IMG/VR virus record: IMGVR_UViG_3300032093_000121
Location: 62 to 64,061 of that record
Source: a virus
Lineage: Duplodnaviria > Caudoviricetes
Length of the DNA stretch: 64,000 nt
Strand: one strand, 5' to 3'
Part shown: positions 44,244-53,893 of the stretch, in pieces
Numbering within the stretch: position 1 is the first letter of the stretch
How the letters are laid out: the number at the start of each line of letters is the position of its first letter
The notes under the pieces: model-generated
Database searches by the model: none
Told to the model about the DNA's origin: nothing
Seen by the model: the letters and a program-made list of their open reading frames with translations, nothing else
Program-made: the position numbers and the translations under genes

Positions 44244-44704
44244 TAAACCTCATCCTCCGGGCAAGGGAAACGCAGGACAGCAGCGACTTTGCGAAGCCAC
44301 TGATCTCCCAAGCTCACTTCGTAAACTTTCTGCTTGCTATAAGCATGAACCATCGTATCAGTAGAGGTGATGATGCCACAGTGTTTTGCGGAAACACCTC
44401 TCTTCATACGAAAGACAAGTATATCGCTCGGCATCATTTCTTCAAAAGGAACTTCTTCCAAATGGCGGCGGCCGAACAAGAGAAGAGGATCTTTTTGATC
44501 CACTTCATACCAGTTCGGTTGATAAGGAGGCATATTCTCTGGGTCATTCTCAACACCAAAGAATTCGCGATAAACACCACGAACCATTCCAACACAGTCG
44601 CATCCTTCGCCCTTGATAGACGATTGATGACGATACGGAGTTCCGATCCATGTGCGAGCGATATCGATGATCTTCTGGCGGTTCTCAGGAAGAACACCAG
44701 TCAT
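44243..44704 (-). CDS. NlpC/P60 tail-associated peptidase
   Basis: AR.WIGTPYRHQ, GCDCVG, AKHCGI, HAYS. Confidence 0.9.
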   Translation of the reverse strand: MTGVLPENRQKIIDIARTWIGTPYRHQSSIKGEGCDCVGMVRGVYREFFGVENDPENMPPYQPNWYEVDQKDPLLLFGRRHLEEVPFEEMMPSDILVFRMKRGVSAKHCGIITSTDTMVHAYSKQKVYEVSLGDQWLRKVAAVLRFPCPEDEV

Positions 44705-44735
44705 GCGATATTCCTCTCCGCAGCAGGAGATTTTC

Positions 44736-45635
44736 TTAGTTACCGAAGAGACTGCGTCCATCTTGGCTCGCCCCTCCCTTTGTTGGATATTTTGCTACGG
44801 CATCATTTCCAGGAATGAACTCATAGCCTTGAAAGTTCAGAATGTTATTGAACTTGGAAACACAGGTTTCACGATCTTTCTTGCATCCAGGATACATTGT
44901 GAAAGTGTCACCAGGAGAAATAGCGAAAGGAACAGCTGACCAGAGTTCAATGGAATGAACTCCACTCGTATATTGAATGTGCTGTTTGATCTCGAACTGC
45001 AAACCGGAGCAAAGCCCAGAGGTGAACTGAACATGACCGAGCGTGAAGGTGTCACTGGAGCCTGAAATAGTGGTAGTTGAGAACGCTCGACTGTCCAAAA
45101 CCGTGGCGACCGTGCCATTGTCCGCCAGCGCCGCCAAATTGACCTTGCAGCGGTTATCCCCAAGCACCGCATCACAATATCGCTGATAAGTCCGTCCAGT
45201 CTTCTGCTGTGCCTTCTGAGTCAGCGAACGCAACTCAGCGCTGAACGAGGTTTCCATCCTCTTGACTTCGCCGATGGTCCCCTTAGCGATTTTGTATCGC
45301 ATGTTTGCATTTGAGATATCATTCCAGTTGACCCACCAAAGTTCAATCTCAGCTGCATCATATCTTCCAGCAGAAAGATCAACCTCATTGATCGTATCTG
45401 CGCTCAGGGCGCTATCAACATTTAGATTGTCAACGCTCAAGCCTAGTGAGCTCTGGATTGCAGAAGCAGTGAAACCAGTTGAGGCTTTGTATGTGAGAGA
45501 ACTGAAAGTGAGATCACGGTCATGCTCTGTGAATCCCTGGACTTGTCCATCACGACGCGTGACTTTCCAGCAGTAGCACATAGTCGTCGTGCCGCCGTCA
45601 AGATGAGCCTGCAAAGTTGAATGGAATTGTCTCAC
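44736..45635 (-). CDS. Baseplate hub (DUF2163/BR0599)
   Basis: CW...R.DG...GFT.HD.DL, C.A.LGD.RC, GC.K....C..KF.N..NF.G. Confidence 0.9.
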   Translation of the reverse strand: MRQFHSTLQAHLDGGTTTMCYCWKVTRRDGQVQGFTEHDRDLTFSSLTYKASTGFTASAIQSSLGLSVDNLNVDSALSADTINEVDLSAGRYDAAEIELWWVNWNDISNANMRYKIAKGTIGEVKRMETSFSAELRSLTQKAQQKTGRTYQRYCDAVLGDNRCKVNLAALADNGTVATVLDSRAFSTTTISGSSDTFTLGHVQFTSGLCSGLQFEIKQHIQYTSGVHSIELWSAVPFAISPGDTFTMYPGCKKDRETCVSKFNNILNFQGYEFIPGNDAVAKYPTKGGASQDGRSLFGN

Positions 45636-46264
45636 ACCCTGATCTCCAAAATATCAATCTGGGGAAGGCTCCCTGCTTCGAAGATTTCAACGCTGACATT
45701 CATGAAGTCAGTGTCAAAACGAACCGGAACATCGAATTCAAACCCCGCTGTAATCACGTGACCATTGGCCGGAGGTGTTACGAAGGTCACGATACCAGTT
45801 GTCGTGTCAACTGTAAAGTGGGTTGTGATAGTCTGTTGAACACCGTTCTTGCCAATCAGCACGGTTCCGGCGACTGGCTTTTTGATTTCACGAGTCCAAG
45901 GATTCGAGCTGAGGCTATAGGTCTTGCTCAATTGAAACTGAGTTGCAACACCATTCCCAGTTCCAATCTGTTGATCGTTGAAGGCTGGCACCTTCTTGGG
46001 CTTTCCTGAACGATAATCGCTCCAGTCCCTCCAGCGAAATCCATGAAGACGTCCACGACGGGCCTCAAAGAATTCGATAGTTTCATATAGTTTGTCAATA
46101 CTGCGAATTCCCTGTGAAGCGTCATAACGACGACGAGAGTTCGCCCATATACTGTTTCGCTCTTCAAAACCAGATCGAAGAGTCACGATGTCAGTGATAC
46201 GTTCAGGCCCACCGGAAGATCCAGCAGAGATATCAGTTGGGAACTGAATTTCGTGAAAAGCCAT
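45632..46264 (-). CDS. Distal tail protein (DUF2460)
   Basis: FHE..FP..IS.GS.GGPER.T, FFEARRG.L.GFR, AGFEFDVPVRFD. Confidence 0.92.
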   Translation of the reverse strand: MAFHEIQFPTDISAGSSGGPERITDIVTLRSGFEERNSIWANSRRRYDASQGIRSIDKLYETIEFFEARRGRLHGFRWRDWSDYRSGKPKKVPAFNDQQIGTGNGVATQFQLSKTYSLSSNPWTREIKKPVAGTVLIGKNGVQQTITTHFTVDTTTGIVTFVTPPANGHVITAGFEFDVPVRFDTDFMNVSVEIFEAGSLPQIDILEIRV

Positions 46265-49200
46265 TAAGAGTTCCTCCCTGCTCTGCTGATCATGCGAGCG
46301 GCTCTGGCAGACAGCTGACCTTCACTACGACGGAAGCCCTCGACATCAGGAGTTGAGACATTGAAGTTCACAGTGATATTCTGCTGACCGCCTCCAGGAG
46401 TTTGCCCTTTTGGAGTGACAGTGACATTCTCGCCGTCTTTACCACGGAAGGCGACAAGACGATTGTCAACACCAGGAAGGGGAGCAATCCCACTTTGAGA
46501 ACCAACTTGGAAAGAGCCACCTGACACAAGCCCAGGAAGGGACGAGAACAGTGACTTGAAAAGATTCCCGAAGATGTTCCCTCCACCAGTTCCAGTCCCT
46601 CCAGTAAAACCGCCGAAGAGTTGCTGGAAAGCCTGAGACACAACGAGCTGAACGATCTGCTTGTTGATGCTCTTGATAAGACTTGAGAAGTCGGCTTCAC
46701 CATCAACCACGAGATCAGCAATCGCAGATGCCATACCATCAAAGGCATTCGTGATGATGTCTTCCATTTGCTTCGCGTAGTCACCAGTTTTCTCAAGAAT
46801 ACGCAGCAGACCTCTTTCAAGGCCGGAAGCCATGTCAGTCTGTGAACTCAAGAATTCAATTCTTGCTGCACGAGTTGCAGTGACAAATTGATCCTGAGAG
46901 ATACGACCATCTGCAAGAAGACGCTTGATGGCTTCCAGATTTGTCTTGTACTTCTCCATCGGGCCATTGATTTCTTCATAGATATCAGAGGCCGCTTTAA
47001 GGATTTGGTTCTCATTCAGAAGCTCCATGACGAGGCCACGTTCAGCTTCCGTAAGACTACGCTTCATCTGCTCTTCAATCTGAAGAACCGCCTGGAGCTT
47101 TTCACGCTCGGCAGTATTCACTTTGAGGAGCTCATTCTGCAAAGTCAACTCACGAACAACTTCAGCGAAAGATTTCGCTTTCGAGTCAGCGCCACCTGCT
47201 CCAGTCCCAGCAGGATTGGCAGGATCACTCTTTGTGTCGAGATTTGCAAGTCGTTCTGCGGCAACTGCTCTTGCTCGCTCGAGGATTGCTCCCCATGCGT
47301 TTCCAATATAGTCGGTGCTGAGAGCCTTACCGAATTCATCATTGAAGATCTGGCCAACCTGCTGAGCAGCACCAGTCACTTCGGGTTTGAATTCTTCGAG
47401 ATTGACATCAAAGTTGTCGAACATCGTTGCGAAAGGATTCTCAAGGCCAACAGCAGTGAAAGCTCCTCCGAGCCACTCGAGGAAGTCTCCGATGCCCTTG
47501 ACGAGTCCTTCCAGACCAGCCTCAACCACGGTGATCAGACCAGTGATAGCAAGAGCTCCGAGATCTTTCAGAGCGGCTGGGAACAAGCCCCATGCTTTCA
47601 TCACACTGTTGAACAGACCGACCCAAAGACCGATCTGGAAGTTGATGTAGCTCTTGACAACGTTCAAGATGATACCCATCACCTGTCCAACGAAGTCTTT
47701 CAGTTTGTTCCAGAGACCAGATACAAAATCAATTGCTGCTGAGAAACCGTCACTGATGAGAGTGATGACAGGAGCAATCGCCTCGCCGATCAACTGGAAG
47801 GTTGCGATACCAACATCACGAAGAGTGACGAAGCCGTCATCTGCAACTCCAATCTTATCAGAGAAATAGACAAGAGCCGCGACTATTGCGACGATCGCAG
47901 CTATGACAGCTCCAATGGGATTGGCAACCATTATCGCCCACAGACCCATCATCGCAGTTCTGACAATATTGATAAGACCAGCCAGCACTGGGAAAGTCGC
48001 ACTCAATCTTGCGAATACACCTGATGAGGCAGCGATAGCGGCTGTAGATCTTGCCTGAGCTGCACTGAGAGCATTTGTCGCAGCAGTTTGAGCAGTCGTC
48101 GCAGCGGCAAGCTCAGCGCTCGTTCCAACAAGAAGTTGCTCAGTACGAGCAAGAGCGATATTGGTGCGAATGTTATTCGCGACAGCAGCATTGAGAGCAA
48201 CGAAACGGCCAGTCAGAGCAGAACGAGCTCGACCATTCGTCACAACGATCGCACCCTCAGCAGCTTGCTGTTGAAGGAGAGTGATGTTCTGAGCGATCTG
48301 TGCCGCTCCAACTTGAAGTTCACGAACTTTGGCAGTCGCAGCGGCATTGGTCGCAGCGGCAGAAGCAAGAGCACTTGCAGCTTTGGCTTTCTCAATTCCC
48401 TCAGCAGTCAGCAAAGTTGCGTTCCCAGCAGCGACAGCAGCAGCAACTTCTCTGTTGTATTTGATCACCTGAATGAGAGCTGAGATATATCCAACAGCTT
48501 TGAAAGCAGCGAAAGCCGCACTTGCAGAAACAATACCAGCGACAAGAAACTCAAGAGAGTCAGCGATGGTGATGATTGCATTCGCCACGGAAGCACTTGC
48601 ACCTGTCATATCGTCGAATTGATCAACGACACGAAGAGCCTGATTGCGAAGAACTTCAAAAGCCTGACCAATCGTAGGAACAGTTGTCCCGAAACGAACT
48701 GCCAGTTCTTCTCGAGCGTCAGCGAACGCTTTCACGATTTGGGCTGATGTGATCTTGCCATCAGATCCCAACTTCCTCAACTGCCCTCGTGTCACACCAA
48801 GAGAGTTTGCGATGATGTCAGCGACATAAGGAAGCTGTTCAAGAACAGAACGAAGTTCATCACCATTCAATCGACCAGAAGCCAAGCCCTGTGACAGCTG
48901 GATAAGAGCAGCATTTGCTTCACGAGTGCTTGCACCAGAAAGGATCGTTGCCTGATTGAGTGATTCAGTGAATTGGAGAACATCGCGCTGCGACAGTCCA
49001 AGCTCACGAGCAGCGAGCGCCATACGAGTATAAAGTTCACTCGTCGTCTCGAAACTGCTACGAGTTCGGTTAGCGATATTGAAAAGTTCATTCTGGACAG
49101 CGTTGAGCTCTGCCGTGCTATTCGTCACAAGACGAAGACGGTTTTCAAAGTTCGTCAGAGTATCCAGCATTTTGGTGAGACCAGCGACAGCGCCAGCGCC

Positions 49201-49341
49201 ACCTAGAACAAAGAGTGAGTTCTGAAGCAAACGAAGACCGCGAACAGATCTGGTCGCGACGTCGCCAATCTCTTCCAATGAACGCTTGACAACTCGAGCG
49301 CCATTCTCTCTTACAATGATGTCAATGGTTTCAGTTGTCAT
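46264..49341 (-). CDS. Tape measure protein
   Basis: QL.QGLASG.L.GDELRSV.EQ.P; long Ala-rich helical protein. Confidence 0.92.
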   Translation of the reverse strand: MTTETIDIIVRENGARVVKRSLEEIGDVATRSVRGLRLLQNSLFVLGGAGAVAGLTKMLDTLTNFENRLRLVTNSTAELNAVQNELFNIANRTRSSFETTSELYTRMALAARELGLSQRDVLQFTESLNQATILSGASTREANAALIQLSQGLASGRLNGDELRSVLEQLPYVADIIANSLGVTRGQLRKLGSDGKITSAQIVKAFADAREELAVRFGTTVPTIGQAFEVLRNQALRVVDQFDDMTGASASVANAIITIADSLEFLVAGIVSASAAFAAFKAVGYISALIQVIKYNREVAAAVAAGNATLLTAEGIEKAKAASALASAAATNAAATAKVRELQVGAAQIAQNITLLQQQAAEGAIVVTNGRARSALTGRFVALNAAVANNIRTNIALARTEQLLVGTSAELAAATTAQTAATNALSAAQARSTAAIAASSGVFARLSATFPVLAGLINIVRTAMMGLWAIMVANPIGAVIAAIVAIVAALVYFSDKIGVADDGFVTLRDVGIATFQLIGEAIAPVITLISDGFSAAIDFVSGLWNKLKDFVGQVMGIILNVVKSYINFQIGLWVGLFNSVMKAWGLFPAALKDLGALAITGLITVVEAGLEGLVKGIGDFLEWLGGAFTAVGLENPFATMFDNFDVNLEEFKPEVTGAAQQVGQIFNDEFGKALSTDYIGNAWGAILERARAVAAERLANLDTKSDPANPAGTGAGGADSKAKSFAEVVRELTLQNELLKVNTAEREKLQAVLQIEEQMKRSLTEAERGLVMELLNENQILKAASDIYEEINGPMEKYKTNLEAIKRLLADGRISQDQFVTATRAARIEFLSSQTDMASGLERGLLRILEKTGDYAKQMEDIITNAFDGMASAIADLVVDGEADFSSLIKSINKQIVQLVVSQAFQQLFGGFTGGTGTGGGNIFGNLFKSLFSSLPGLVSGGSFQVGSQSGIAPLPGVDNRLVAFRGKDGENVTVTPKGQTPGGGQQNITVNFNVSTPDVEGFRRSEGQLSARAARMISRAGRNS

Positions 49342-49820
49342 TCTCCATCACCCACATTTCTTGAGAGGAGCCGAACTCCTGCGATCTCATTCCGGGCTTC
49401 CATCATAGCAATCTGAACCCAATCATTCGGCTGTTGTTTGGAAGAGCCAGAACGAAGACGATCAAGATACGGAATTGCATTGGTGATGAAGACAGCAGTC
49501 CCTGCCTGACCAGTTCCTCTCTTCGCACCGACTTTCAAACGATTGATGACAGCGAAGCCAGCAGCGATTGTCGCTCTGGCGTTCGCTCGTTCACCGATCC
49601 CGAGCTTTTTGCCCGGAGAGTATGCTGGGATGACAGACCTCGTCGGGTTGCCCAAGGAGACACGCCAGTTCGAACGAGCATCACCTTCGTCAACAGGAGT
49701 TCCCTCGACCAGTCCAGTAAGAGCCTTCTTCGCAACACGCTTGGTCAACGCAACCGAGTTATTCTCGATGCGACTTCCGAGCTTACGAATGTTGCGGGAA
49801 AACTGGAGGAGGGTTGCCAC
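49338..49820 (-). CDS. Tail completion / neck protein (HK97 gp10-like)
   Basis: TPVD.G.ARSNW.VS, ITN..PY..RL..GSS.Q. Confidence 0.75.
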   Translation of the reverse strand: MATLLQFSRNIRKLGSRIENNSVALTKRVAKKALTGLVEGTPVDEGDARSNWRVSLGNPTRSVIPAYSPGKKLGIGERANARATIAAGFAVINRLKVGAKRGTGQAGTAVFITNAIPYLDRLRSGSSKQQPNDWVQIAMMEARNEIAGVRLLSRNVGDGE

Positions 49821-49822
49821 GA

Positions 49823-50152
49823 CTATTTCTTTCTCCTGTGAAACTCAAGATACACTGCATCCATTTCTCGGATATGGTGGTGCATCTCTTCAGTTTGGTC
49901 TTCGTCTAGATGATGAGCCTCGCAGTAATCGTGAATCACCTTCCATGGTATTGGACCCATAGCCATCCCTATTTGCCTACTGTCGGAAAGCTCCACAAAC
50001 CCGAGATAGTAGAGCTCTAGACCAGTGAGAAGATCAGGGGCGTTTTGTATTTTCTCAGGGAAGGGAAGACCCTCCCTGAGACATTGTTCCATGATCTTCT
50101 TTTCGACAGCGCCCTGCTCCAGGAAATAGAGCAGGACTTCGGCTAGTTTTTT
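49823..50152 (-). CDS. Tail assembly chaperone, -1 frameshift extension (gpGT-like)
   Basis: -1 frame is open from the slippery site into MEQCLREG; R..GM..GPIPW. Confidence 0.75.
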   Translation of the reverse strand, partial: KKLAEVLLYFLEQGAVEKKIMEQCLREGLPFPEKIQNAPDLLTGLELYYLGFVELSDSRQIGMAMGPIPWKVIHDYCEAHHLDEDQTEEMHHHIREMDAVYLEFHRRKK

Positions 50153-50592
50153 CCGTCAGCCTCCATCTCTTCTTTGCGGAACAGGGCGACGCCTTCCGCC
50201 GCCGACTGAAGATCAACAAAGAGAGCAGGCAGAGCGCGGAACGTCGCAATGATGTTCTCGGGCGTAACAGGGAGAGGAGCACCAGTCTTCGCGTGGATGC
50301 CATTCTTCCACTTGGTGGTTCCGTCCTTCTCTTCGCCGTCAGCGATCTGCCAGTTCAGAATGACAGTCTTGGCATAGATATCGTAGAGCAGAGCACGAGA
50401 ACGATCTTCCGGCATTGTCCCAGCCTGGATCGCCCGACGGAACGGTTTCGTCTTCGCTTCAGCGTAAGACAGATACTTCTTGTTCGAACCACCGGCACGA
50501 GCGATCTGCACACGGAAATCACCGTAATCGATCCAAATGCCACCAGTTTCGAGATTGGTATCTGTCTCAAACTGTTCATACATGCTGCTCAT
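50143..50592 (-). CDS. Tail assembly chaperone (gpG-like)
   Basis: IARAGG.N; ends GGA AAA AAC TAG. Confidence 0.8.
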   Translation of the reverse strand: MSSMYEQFETDTNLETGGIWIDYGDFRVQIARAGGSNKKYLSYAEAKTKPFRRAIQAGTMPEDRSRALLYDIYAKTVILNWQIADGEEKDGTTKWKNGIHAKTGAPLPVTPENIIATFRALPALFVDLQSAAEGVALFRKEEMEADGKN

Positions 50593-50628
50593 ATTGATAC
50601 TCCTTTTCTGAGGGTTTAACGGCTGACC

Positions 50629-52161
50629 TTAGTCAGCCGCCGTAGGAAGATAATAGAAGAAGGTGAAGAGCAGGGTGTGATCGAACCCTGTCGCAATATC
50701 TTCACCAGTGGCGGCGTCCATATTGAGAGGAAGCGTGATCGGCTGATCCTGTTCAATATTCAGACGTCCATCACCAAGAGCAATCAAAGGAATGTCAATG
50801 ACGATACCCTGATTGTTCTTGACGATCGCCATGTCCAAGGTCACGTCCGAATTGTTTCGAACAGCTTGGATCGCAGCGACGTTTGCGAAATAGGCGGTGA
50901 TGTTGCCGCTGACTGTGAAAGTACCTGCGGTCACATCGAACGCACCGAGGACCGAAACGGCCTTGTTCGGTGAGACGTTGTTGTTGATGCTGATCGTCGC
51001 TTCCGTGATGAAAGCGAACAGCGAGCTCGGAGCTTCGTTTGCAATATCAAGAACGGACATCTTGATGCGAGAGAAGTCACTCGAGGTATTGAAGGTCTTG
51101 GCCGGAAGAGGAGTCTTCACCGAAGTCTGGAGAGGACCCTGAGCGCCTGTCCGCTGTTGATTGTTGATCGCCATGAAGGAGAAGTCAACGTTCACGAGAT
51201 CAGCGGTCGGAATATTCAGCGTGAACTCATTCGGCACAGCGCCGCTGAGATATTCAGACTGAATCTGTGACGGCTGAGCATCATCAGGAGCGCCGAGCGT
51301 CCGTTCCAGAGTGTAGGAGCGACGCTTGATCAGCGAGCCAGTTTCATTCCGGAGAACGTCACCGAAGAAAAGCTGAACAGTGCTGGTCGTGTTCGCTTCA
51401 GTGATCATCGGAAGTACCGATTTATCAAGAACGAGAGCATTCGCCGAGATCGAACGAATTCGCTTGAAGCCATTGTTCGCAGCATTGGTGAACTGAGTTC
51501 CACCGCTGTCACCACCGACGAAGATCCACTGACCAACGACAAGGCCGAGAGTAGTGAAGTTCAGAGTGGTAGACGTGATAGTCGCGAAGTCACCAGTGAC
51601 GTTGACGTCAAGATCACCAACAGTTGCCTGATGACCGACGCACTGAATGAATGCTCCAGCCGGAGGTGCTTCAGTCACAAGAAGACCAGTGGCAACTTCA
51701 ACGCTGACGTTTGCAGTGATGGCGGTCACCACGTTGAGAGCGTTGTTTGCAGAGTTGGTGAAACCGAAACCCTTGATGATCGATCCAACGAGGAAGCCAG
51801 CCGTAGAAGCCACTTCGTATTCGTCAGGGTTTGCAAGATCGATATCAACCGCCGTAACGACTTCGTAGCCTTTCTGACGGATATCAGCAAACATGAGACC
51901 CTGAAAGAGATCGATCATGTTGTGGAAAGTCAGATCATGGTTGAAACCACCAGAGGCGTCGAGATCGACAACAGATCCCTTCTTTCGCTGGCGAGACGGG
52001 TTGATCGGGTTCGATGCTTTCGTGGTGAGCTCACCGCCGAAATCATTGTAGCTATTTGGTTCGAGGCGACGCCAAACAGGGGAGCTGAGAACGCCGAGCG
52101 ACGATTCTTCGGCATAGGCCAGTCCCGTGATGTTGGAGTCGATCTTATTGACCTGTGCCAT
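50629..52161 (-). CDS. Major tail tube protein with an inserted domain
   Basis: DSN.TGL.YAEE, L.PNSY.DFGG, PI..SRQ.KKG, G.F.V.G..TAYF. Confidence 0.85.
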   Translation of the reverse strand: MAQVNKIDSNITGLAYAEESSLGVLSSPVWRRLEPNSYNDFGGELTTKASNPINPSRQRKKGSVVDLDASGGFNHDLTFHNMIDLFQGLMFADIRQKGYEVVTAVDIDLANPDEYEVASTAGFLVGSIIKGFGFTNSANNALNVVTAITANVSVEVATGLLVTEAPPAGAFIQCVGHQATVGDLDVNVTGDFATITSTTLNFTTLGLVVGQWIFVGGDSGGTQFTNAANNGFKRIRSISANALVLDKSVLPMITEANTTSTVQLFFGDVLRNETGSLIKRRSYTLERTLGAPDDAQPSQIQSEYLSGAVPNEFTLNIPTADLVNVDFSFMAINNQQRTGAQGPLQTSVKTPLPAKTFNTSSDFSRIKMSVLDIANEAPSSLFAFITEATISINNNVSPNKAVSVLGAFDVTAGTFTVSGNITAYFANVAAIQAVRNNSDVTLDMAIVKNNQGIVIDIPLIALGDGRLNIEQDQPITLPLNMDAATGEDIATGFDHTLLFTFFYYLPTAAD

Positions 52162-52172
52162 ATCTGGCCTCC

Positions 52173-52589
52173 TTATTTGATCTCATCGTAGACGAACTCT
52201 ACGACAACGTTCAGTTGAAAGAACTCTCCGTCACGACCGACCTCGTTCAACCTCACGTTACGGAACCACACTCCCCCTGGAGTTGCGATACCTTCGAAGG
52301 CGTCGGACACCACCTTAGCCAAATCGTAAGCCTCTTGCAAGCCTTTTCCACTTGGCGTAAACAACTGAACAGTAATAAATCCTGTTCTGTTGAATGTGCG
52401 TTGATTGTTGCCTCCGAAGGCTCTTTGGCCACCAGAAGCATGATTGATGAAAACATTCGCCCACGGATCATCTTCCCTGGGCCTCTGTTTGCGAACATCT
52501 TGGTAGGATACTGGATATCCAGTAAGATCCCACTTCGCCTTGAACTTGTCGAGCATCTCATCTTTGGCTTGTTTATATGTGAGGCTCAT
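52173..52589 (-). CDS. Tail terminator
   Basis: Position; G..TVQ.FTP.G.G, V.FRNV. Confidence 0.7.
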   Translation of the reverse strand: MSLTYKQAKDEMLDKFKAKWDLTGYPVSYQDVRKQRPREDDPWANVFINHASGGQRAFGGNNQRTFNRTGFITVQLFTPSGKGLQEAYDLAKVVSDAFEGIATPGGVWFRNVRLNEVGRDGEFFQLNVVVEFVYDEIK

Positions 52590-52978
52590 CGACGAACTCC
52601 CACAAAAGCCAAAAGAGTGACATCACCAGGACGAAGAACCTGCATCCCGATGATACCCCATCTTTCAGTTCGATCAACGACTTTGGTGTATTCTCGGAGG
52701 TCAACCTCTCCTTGGGCAACGATGATGATTTCCTCACTGAAAGTGACGAGATCTTTCCATTCAGTTCCTTCACCGAGTGCTGTCAAACCAAATTGGCGAA
52801 CTGTATTGGGAGGAACGAAAACACCTTTGAGGTCGATCGTAGTTTCACCAGCGACAGGGCCATTCCAAGGACGATCAGAATCTGCCGGAGTCTCATTCAA
52901 TTTGACGAACGAAATCGACCGACCATTCTTGTTGATCAGTCGAAGAGCAGTCGCTGCGAGACGATTATAGTCAACCAC
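52586..52978 (-). CDS. Head-tail joining protein
   Basis: DY...AATA.RLI.K.GR; position. Confidence 0.7.
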   Translation of the reverse strand: MVDYNRLAATALRLINKNGRSISFVKLNETPADSDRPWNGPVAGETTIDLKGVFVPPNTVRQFGLTALGEGTEWKDLVTFSEEIIIVAQGEVDLREYTKVVDRTERWGIIGMQVLRPGDVTLLAFVGVRR

Positions 52979-53858
52979 GAATAACGCCTCCTTGCCCTGA
53001 GCCCAAGAGAAGAGAGGTAAGGATTCGGTCAGCAGCAGGATAAACCGGAATTTTCACTGAAGAAGAGAATTTGTAGGATTCAGTGATAGGACCGACAACC
53101 TCTGTCTTAGAGGTGACGTTCACAACAGTCGAGTCGGGATCAGCCATCAAAGGCAATGATACTGAACGAACAGCGTACTCCGCGACAGCTTGTTTCAGCT
53201 TGTCTGGGATGCCGAGGATCTCGTTGCCCTGTTGATCATAGGCATAGGCTCTCGGCCAGCACAGAGGCTGAAGGCCACCATCAGACCCGCCGCTAAATCC
53301 TGTAACTGTGACGTTTGTGGCCGGACCCTGGAGGACCGTCAGAGCGCCGCTGGAGCCTTGCGCCTTGGCGGTTAGGGTAAGCACCGCCCCTGCCAGCGTT
53401 GCCCCACCGTGGCGGCTCTGAGGCGTTCCGAGGCCATAGGCAACGCCAGCGCCAGCCGCCCCATTTATGGCCGCTCCGAGGTTCGCAGCAGTCAGCGCTC
53501 CTGAAGCACCACGAAGGACTTCATAGGCAGCTCCACTCAGAGACGTGACGAATTTGTAAGTGTCGTCACCAAGAACCAGAGTTTCGTTGGCACCGGGAAT
53601 TCCCGTAAAGTTCAGACTCGCAGTGGCATAAGTTTCATCAAAGACCACTGATGGAAGACCTTTGAAACGAGGACCGAACCTCTTGTCAATATAGTCTGTC
53701 GCAGCGATAACAGCACCTTCTTTTGCAGAAGATGAAGATGCTGTCCAGCCGTTCTCATCAGCTCTGTTACGAGCAGAGAGATAGGCTGTCACATACGAGA
53801 CTGGGACATAGGAATTCGCCCCACGGACCCCGACTCCAGTTTCGATGATGACAGCCAT
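52971..53858 (-). CDS. Head-tail adaptor (DnaT-like) with an insertion of about 120 aa
   Basis: ETG.G..GANSY, ATDYID, Q.L.WPR, IP..LK.A..EYA, VGPI...Y. Confidence 0.75.
   Translation of the reverse strand: MAVIIETGVGVRGANSYVPVSYVTAYLSARNRADENGWTASSSSAKEGAVIAATDYIDKRFGPRFKGLPSVVFDETYATASLNFTGIPGANETLVLGDDTYKFVTSLSGAAYEVLRGASGALTAANLGAAINGAAGAGVAYGLGTPQSRHGGATLAGAVLTLTAKAQGSSGALTVLQGPATNVTVTGFSGGSDGGLQPLCWPRAYAYDQQGNEILGIPDKLKQAVAEYAVRSVSLPLMADPDSTVVNVTSKTEVVGPITESYKFSSSVKIPVYPAADRILTSLLLGSGQGGVIRG
53339..53482. repeat. TCWGAG-box island G, inside coding sequence
   Basis: TCAGAG, about 60 nt free of TC/GA, CTCTGAGG/TCCGAGG 11 bp apart, about 40 nt free, TCCGAGG. Confidence 0.6.
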
Positions 53859-53893
53859 GTATCCCTCTCAAGCCATATGGCCTTCTTTGCTGA

